From the NCBI GenBank assembly GCA_029564175.1, contig JAKQQL010000359.1, positions 1-13,091 of the forward strand: 13,091 nucleotides of DNA. Reading direction: 5' to 3'. A program made the position numbers and the translations under genes. The stretch comes from Candidatus Cloacimonadota bacterium. GTDB lineage: Bacteria; Cloacimonadota; Cloacimonadia; Cloacimonadales; WRIO01. Shown here piece by piece: positions 7,495 to 13,091 of the stretch (the first letter of the stretch is position 1; every line of letters starts with the position of its first letter). The notes under the pieces are model-generated. The model ran no database searches and was not told the origin of the DNA. It worked only from the letters and a program-made list of their open reading frames with translations.

Positions 7495-10400
7495 CTATGA
7501 CAGCTCAGCCTTATCCATTAATAATTTTTCAAGTAGTTGCCATTCCTGAACGAGTTCTTCCTGGATAGACTCAAATTTCCCTTCATTATGCTTGATGTCC
7601 ATTTCAATATTTTTAGCCAGTTCAGAGAAATATTTTAGGCTCATATTGGCGGCTGCTCCTTTAATGGTATGGGCAGTCATTTTAATTTTATCCATATCTT
7701 TCTGTTTAACAGCCTGTGACAAGTCTGACACATAAGCAGGAAAATCTTCCAGAATCACCTGAATCAGTTCCTGAACGACCGAGTGATTTTGCCCTGTTTT
7801 TTTGAGCAATTCTGCTTTATCAAAATGTACCGGCTCAGCAGTCTGATCACGATCCACAATATTTTCCTGTGGTATTGGCACTTCTCCGTTTGGAGATTGA
7901 TATGATTCAATCTTCAGAAAATGGGATAAAATCGCTTTCAATTGATCAATTTCAACAGGTTTTTGTAAAAAATCATCCATACCAGCCGCAAAACATTTTT
8001 CTTTCTCCTCTTTTAAAACACCCGCTGTCAATGCAATCACTGGAATCTTGCGCCATATATGTTCCCTGATTAAACGGGTAGCACTGATACCATCCATAAC
8101 GGGCATTTGTATATCCATCAAAACCAAATCAATCATCTGATTTTCTTTTAAAAAATCAAACGCTTCCTGTCCGTTTGATGCTTCAGTTAAAATGGCAGCT
8201 GGTAATAAAGATTTCAAATAGTTTTTTATCAAACTCAAATTGGTAGGAATATCATCAACTATCATGATATGATATGTATTTTTGCTGATTGTTGTTAAAT
8301 GCTTTTCATAATTATATTTCGATTCGAAGAAAGAAGCAAGTGAAAGTGTGTCGAAATGCTTCATATAGTAAGAAAAATCACTGTATTTTAATGGTTTTTC
8401 AAGGCAATAATCCACATTGTAAGTAAGACAATCGTCCAGTACTTCTTTTTTGTTAGAACGGAACAAGATAACAAACTTTGGCATATCTATAGAATATTCA
8501 GTCAGGGATACCCTGATTTGGCTAATCAGATCAAACGCATTAAGTGCTTTGTTATCAATGTCCACTAGGACACAATCAACCTTATTATTTCGTAAATACT
8601 GAAATAATGTTTCATCATCAGACCTGTATGAAACAATATTGTTTTGGCAGTATGATGTCATGGATTCATAATGCCGGAGAATTTGTGGATTATCTTCAAT
8701 TATCATCAAATGTCTTACCGTATGTTCTGTACAATTAGGTTTATCTGCTTTTAAGCGACAGTTTGTACTTATGCTAAAATAAAAACAGGTTCCTTTCCCA
8801 TAATGACTGTCAAACTGTATTTCAGAGCCCATCTGTTTTAGCAGCATGGTACTAATCATTAAACCGAGTCCAGAACCACCGTATTTTCTGGTAATTGATG
8901 AATCTGCCTGTGAAAAGACCTTAAACATTTTTTCTTTATCCGTATCACGAATGCCAATACCCGTATCATAAACCACAATATTCAGCTGACTTTTACTATC
9001 AATTTCAGAGTTAAAGCGTATAATGATACCCACTTCCCCTTCTTCTGTAAATTTAACCGCATTATTAAGCAGGTTAAATATCACCTGCTTGATTCTTAGC
9101 GGGTCTCCAGTTATCATATCGGGAGAATCAATCGGATAATCCAGTATGAGTTCAATATCCTTATTGCCAACAAAGCTTTTTGAGTTATCAATCAACTGCT
9201 CAAGCATGTCCCTGAAATTGAATTCAATCTGCTCTAGTTCGAGCTTGCCTGCTTCTATTTTTGATAAATCCAAAATATCATTGATAAGAGCCAATAAAGT
9301 TCGGGCGGAAGTATATACATTTTCCATATAACTTTTTTGAATACTATCTAAACGCGTCGATTTTAGCATTTCAGTAAAGCCAATAATACTGTTCAGGGGT
9401 GTTCTGATCTCATGACTCATATTGGCAAGAAATTCTGATTTTGCCTGACTGGCAGTCTGTGCCTGATTTGCCAGAATCACTGCATTTTCTTCGCTTTCAC
9501 GCAGATGCTTTTCTCTTAGAAGAATCGCTTCTTTCATTGCATGAAATCGCTTTTTAATCGTATTGAGTTCATGAAACCGGTATTGAACAAGAGACTCATT
9601 CTGAGAAGGCAAGCCTTGTTCTATCTCTTTCATTTGAGCGGAAAAACGATTCAGCGGGTTTAATAGTGCATGATCTATCAGATAATTTTTTAAAACGACT
9701 AGAAAGCTCATGACAATCATGAAAATAGAGTAGAATATCATTAAAGTTTTTTGTATTGCCCTCGGAAACTGATTAGGAATCATTAAAACCACTTTTGCAC
9801 CAATACTTCCTTCTTTAGAAACCAGGGGGATCCATTCGTTTTCGCCAATCTTTATAATATTATAGTGGTTTTTATTCTGATTTCCAAAAGTTTTGACGTC
9901 AAAAGTCGGCAACTTGATAATTCCTGATGTTGAAGTCATGATAAATCCGTCAGTAGAAATCAACAATAAGGGGATGTCGGTGTATTTAGAAAATTTGAGC
10001 AGTACCTGATTGACATAATCAAGATTCATTCTTGCCAGCAGAATATTTTCATGATTTTTCATTACATAATAGATACTGGGTTTATCATCTTCTATCCCGG
10101 CCATTATATCCGAAAATACTTTATCCTCATTATTTCGGGAGAGATACTCAGCCATTCGTCTGCCCTCAAATGAAAAGCCAACAAATACTTTCGAATCGGG
10201 ACTTGATTTTAAAATATTTTCAATTCGGTTATCCTTATCCAGACAATAAATGTCAGAGAAATCATTAAAAATCTGATAAATAAACGAGCGACTCAACTCA
10301 TTATGATATTTTGTAATCAAATTCAGTTTGTTACGCGATTCTTCCAGCTGACTTTCAATGAAAAGATGTACTCTTTCTGCTTCTGCTAATTTAGAATCAA

Positions 10401-10542
10401 GATATATTGTATTGACTGTTTTTATCGTATATAAAGACCCTACTAATAATATGCTGGCAACAAGAATGAGAACGAAAAAATCTCCGGTAAACAGAAAAGT
10501 CCGAAAAGTGGTATTCTTTTTTAATAAACTACTTAAGTTCAT
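7495..10542 (-). CDS. Membrane-bound hybrid sensor histidine kinase (extracytoplasmic sensor, HisKA, HATPase, two receiver domains, Hpt)
   Basis: H-box [16 protein letters not shown]-box [11 protein letters not shown] boxes DTGIGI and GGSGLGL, receiver 2 VDD...LMDIQMP...ALTA...KP, Hpt [11 protein letters not shown]. Two hydrophobic segments flank the sensor region. The start is uncertain; ATG 10542, a 14-bp overlap with the upstream gene, is preferred over 10596. Confidence 0.93.
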   Translation of the reverse strand: MNLSSLLKKNTTFRTFLFTGDFFVLILVASILLVGSLYTIKTVNTIYLDSKLAEAERVHLFIESQLEESRNKLNLITKYHNELSRSFIYQIFNDFSDIYCLDKDNRIENILKSSPDSKVFVGFSFEGRRMAEYLSRNNEDKVFSDIMAGIEDDKPSIYYVMKNHENILLARMNLDYVNQVLLKFSKYTDIPLLLISTDGFIMTSTSGIIKLPTFDVKTFGNQNKNHYNIIKIGENEWIPLVSKEGSIGAKVVLMIPNQFPRAIQKTLMIFYSIFMIVMSFLVVLKNYLIDHALLNPLNRFSAQMKEIEQGLPSQNESLVQYRFHELNTIKKRFHAMKEAILLREKHLRESEENAVILANQAQTASQAKSEFLANMSHEIRTPLNSIIGFTEMLKSTRLDSIQKSYMENVYTSARTLLALINDILDLSKIEAGKLELEQIEFNFRDMLEQLIDNSKSFVGNKDIELILDYPIDSPDMITGDPLRIKQVIFNLLNNAVKFTEEGEVGIIIRFNSEIDSKSQLNIVVYDTGIGIRDTDKEKMFKVFSQADSSITRKYGGSGLGLMISTMLLKQMGSEIQFDSHYGKGTCFYFSISTNCRLKADKPNCTEHTVRHLMIIEDNPQILRHYESMTSYCQNNIVSYRSDDETLFQYLRNNKVDCVLVDIDNKALNAFDLISQIRVSLTEYSIDMPKFVILFRSNKKEVLDDCLTYNVDYCLEKPLKYSDFSYYMKHFDTLSLASFFESKYNYEKHLTTISKNTYHIMIVDDIPTNLSLIKNYLKSLLPAAILTEASNGQEAFDFLKENQMIDLVLMDIQMPVMDGISATRLIREHIWRKIPVIALTAGVLKEEKEKCFAAGMDDFLQKPVEIDQLKAILSHFLKIESYQSPNGEVPIPQENIVDRDQTAEPVHFDKAELLKKTGQNHSVVQELIQVILEDFPAYVSDLSQAVKQKDMDKIKMTAHTIKGAAANMSLKYFSELAKNIEMDIKHNEGKFESIQEELVQEWQLLEKLLMDKAELS

Positions 10543-11614
10543 TCTCAACATTCCTGATAAAGTAATATTTCTGCTTAACATCCCCATTCTTATCAAAAGA
10601 AATATTTCCTAATGAAGTATGATGAACCGGTTCTGATAAAAGGTATTGTTTAATTGCTTCAGGCGTTTTATGCCCTTTTCTGATTGCCTGTTCATATAGC
10701 TCCATTGCTTGTCTCACACCAAAATTCATGGCATGAGGGGCATAATTGTATCTTTTTTGAAAACGGTTTATGTAATCAGAAAGCGTCTGATTTTCTTTTT
10801 TTGCAGGGAAAGAGCTGGTTAAAATGATATTTTTAAGTGCTGGTCCTGAAATATCCAGAATAGAAGGAGACCTTGACCAGGGCGTTAGTATCACTGGGTC
10901 ATCTGGATGAAACATATAAAAATACTGTGCAATATTCCCAATTGCCGACTGAAAACTGCCTCCTAATATATATAAGGCATCAAAATCCTGTTTAAACAAT
11001 TCTTTGTAATCCTCAGGTTTAAACCTGGAAATTGTAAATGATTGTTTCACAATTGTCCATTTATGATGAGAAAGCAAACGTTTTGAAAAATACTCAAAAG
11101 CCGGTTTTGTGTAAGCCAGATTGCTGTCATCCTGTACCACCAACAGTTTTTTGCCTTCCAAATGCTGAATATAGTCTGCTATGGCATTTTGCTCTTCTAT
11201 GGCATCACTGATTATTCTGAAAATATAATCATCTCTGCCACTTAGCTCAGGACTTGCAGAGGCACAATTGATTAAAAAAGCTTTCCCATCCTGAAACAGG
11301 TGCATGGAAGCGATCGCACATTTTGAAGGATGAGACGAAATAAATAAATTCATCCCCTTATTAATAGCCCCTTGTGTCACTTCAATTGTAAGCTCAGGAT
11401 CCCAGTTGTCATTCACAACTCTTGGCAAAAAACTTTTGATATTGTTTTCTTCAATAAAAAATTCTGCAGCATTTACTTCACTTGAAGAGACCACAGTACC
11501 AGAATTGATTGAGGTGATAATGCCAACCGCGATGGATTCTTTCTCTTTAAATAGAAAACTGACTGCAATCAATAAGAGAAATATGAGTATGATAATAACC
11601 CATTTAGCTTTCAT
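10529..11614 (-). CDS. Extracytoplasmic substrate-binding protein, branched-chain amino acid/LivJ-like type I family
   Basis: N-terminal hydrophobic anchor; motifs [41 protein letters not shown]. Start reassigned to ATG 11614 because GGAGG lies 5 nt upstream (361 aa). Confidence 0.85.
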   Translation of the reverse strand: MKAKWVIIILIFLLLIAVSFLFKEKESIAVGIITSINSGTVVSSSEVNAAEFFIEENNIKSFLPRVVNDNWDPELTIEVTQGAINKGMNLFISSHPSKCAIASMHLFQDGKAFLINCASASPELSGRDDYIFRIISDAIEEQNAIADYIQHLEGKKLLVVQDDSNLAYTKPAFEYFSKRLLSHHKWTIVKQSFTISRFKPEDYKELFKQDFDALYILGGSFQSAIGNIAQYFYMFHPDDPVILTPWSRSPSILDISGPALKNIILTSSFPAKKENQTLSDYINRFQKRYNYAPHAMNFGVRQAMELYEQAIRKGHKTPEAIKQYLLSEPVHHTSLGNISFDKNGDVKQKYYFIRNVENELK

Positions 11615-11632
11615 AACAACCTCCATCTAAAA

Positions 11633-11660
11633 AAGATAACACGATTTTATTAATTGTCAA
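11633..11660 (-). promoter_or_regulatory. Sigma70-type promoter of the binding protein/kinase operon
   Basis: Minus strand: TTGACA (11660-11655), 16-bp spacer ending in TGT (extended -10), TATCTT (11638-11633). Confidence 0.6.
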
Positions 11661-11722
11661 GAGATATTTTTGCCCATTTTAAATTAGCATAGAACGATCA
11701 TCTTTCTCGTTTATTGTCGGAA

Positions 11723-12283
11723 TTTTCAATCCTTGGATTATCGGATAAGAATTGTAGCGCAAGCTACCAGCTTGTGAACAGAAAGGATGTTTCAATCCTT
11801 GGTTTGTTGGAAAAGAATAGTAGCGCAAGCTACCAGCTTGTGAAGAGAAATGATAGTTTCAATCCTTGGATCATTGGATAAGAATTGTAGCGCAAGCTAC
11901 CAGCTTGTGAAGAGTAAGGCTGTTTCAACCCTTGGATCATTGGATAAGAATAGTGTAGCGCAAGCTACCAGCTTGTGAACAGAAAGGCCTTTTCAATCCT
12001 TGGCTTATTGGATAAGAATTGTAGCGCAAGCTACCAGCTTGTGAACAGAAAGGTTGTTTCAATCTTTGGATCATTGGATAAGAATAGTAGTGCAAGCTAC
12101 CAGCTTGCGAAGAGTAAGGCCATTTCAATCCTTGGATTATTGGATAAAAATTGTAGCGCAAGCTACCAGCTAGTGAAGAGAAAGGCTGTTTCAATGTTTG
12201 AATCATTGGATAAGAATTGTAGCGCAAGCTACCAGCTTGCGAAGAGTAAGGCCATTTCAATCCTTGGATTATTGGATAAGAAT
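11723..12283. repeat. Tandem ~66-bp array of shortened CRISPR repeats alternating with a repeated REP-like palindrome
   Basis: Nine 30-bp repeats (consensus GTTTCAATCCTTGGATYATTGGATAAGAAT) start at 11723, 11789, 11856, 11922, 11990, 12056, 12122, 12188 and 12254. Eight intervening segments of 36, 37, 36, 38, 36, 36, 36 and 36 bp have consensus WGTAGCGCAAGCTACCAGCTTGYGAASAGWAAGGNY. Confidence 0.95.
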
Positions 12284-12319
12284 ACTTCTGAGATTCAAGA
12301 ACTGGCGGAAAGATATGCT

Positions 12320-13091
12320 GTTTCAATCCTTGGTTTGTTGGATTATTGGATAAGAATCTGTTCAATCGGGTAAAGGATGTGAAAAATGACTAAACGTTTC
12401 AATCCTTGGTTTGTTGGATTATTGGATAAGAATAATTCATCCCAATATACGCTGTTGTCTGTCTCTTCCAGTTTCAATCCTTGGTTTGTTGGATTATTGG
12501 ATAAGAATATGTTGTTAAATACAACGGTGAATCCTTTGCGATGAAGTTTCAATCCTTGGTTTGTTGGATTATTGGATAAGAATAATATACAAAACTGAAT
12601 ATAGACTACAGGAACTTACGTTTCAATCCTTGGTTTGTTGGATTATTGGATAAGAATAAACCTGACAATTATGTTTTCAACTAAACCATAATGTTTCAAT
12701 CCTTGGTTTGTTGGATTATTGGATAAGAATTTAATATTATTCAGCATATAATTTACAACATTTAGTGTTTCAATCCTTGGTTTGTTGGATTATTGGATAA
12801 GAATAGGTTGACAATTTCTACTGTTCGTATATATTCGATTACAGTTTCAATCCTTGGTTTGTTGGATTATTGGATAAGAATACATTACTGATTATTCAGA
12901 ATATGGAATAATCAGTATTGGTTTCAATCCTTGGTTTGTTGGATTATTGGATAAGAATTTATTGACAACATAGTCATATTTTTCCAGGATGGCGTGTTTC
13001 AATCCTTGGTTTGTTGGATTATTGGATAAGAATATGGTTATGTAAAATATTGCAGACACAAAGACGAGTTTCAATCCTTGGTTTGTTGGAT
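12320..13091 (-). CRISPR. CRISPR array, 38-bp repeat ATTCTTATCCAATAATCCAACAAACCAAGGATTGAAAC (minus strand), class 1 (type I or III)-like, truncated by the window edge
   Basis: Identical repeats start at 12320, 12396, 12471, 12546, 12620, 12693, 12767, 12844, 12921, 12996 and 13068 (partial). Unique spacers are 38, 37, 37, 36, 35, 36, 39, 39, 37 and 34 bp, plus a unique 36-bp spacer at 12284-12319. Orientation is inferred from the 3' ATTGAAAC end and degeneration on the left. Confidence 0.98.

Noticed and set aside
10543..10596. Longer N-terminus of the kinase
   Set aside because: It would overlap the upstream gene by 68 bp; a start at 10542 is more economical, though not proven.
711..11630. 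Short alternative-frame and antisense ORFs inside the six main genes (for example 6201-6695, 2000-2296)
   Set aside because: Shadow ORFs with no recognisable motifs. The similarity of 2000-2296 and 2462-2647 only mirrors the domain duplication on the other strand.
11937..12373. 142-aa (minus) and 132-aa (plus) ORFs with 22-aa repeats
   Set aside because: By-products of the 66-bp period of the tandem block; 67- and 68-bp units shift the frame and no convincing RBS is present.
12959..12995. Second spacer containing TTGACA
   Set aside because: No -10 element at 16-18 bp spacing.
12343..13074. 69-aa and 60-aa ORFs containing FLSNNPTNQGLK
   Set aside because: Translations of CRISPR repeats and spacers.
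1..13091. cas genes, RAYT or other transposases, tRNA or rRNA genes; in-window targets of the spacers
   Set aside because: None recognisable by eye; the leader and any cas operon would lie beyond the right edge or elsewhere.

Overview
AT-rich bacterial window with six protein-coding genes and a CRISPR locus at the right end. Left, minus strand: a three-gene cluster of exported envelope proteins (DUF6175-like protein; LPP20-type lipoprotein with an Ig-like module and a duplicated ~130-aa C-terminal domain; putative outer-membrane protein). Middle: a soluble chemoreceptor fused to a C-terminal hemerythrin (plus strand), converging on a substrate-binding protein plus hybrid histidine kinase pair (minus strand). 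Right: a class 1-type CRISPR array with a 38-bp repeat (10 full repeats plus 1 cut by the window edge), probably transcribed on the minus strand; no cas genes are in the window. The most unusual feature is at the inferred trailer end (11723-12283): nine 30-bp repeats, each missing 8 bp of the normal repeat, alternate with eight near-identical 36-38 bp 'spacers'. Each of these has the layout of a GTAG-family REP element (GTAG followed by a palindrome), giving a CRISPR-repeat/REP chimeric tandem array. All family assignments come from motif recognition by eye, not database searches.
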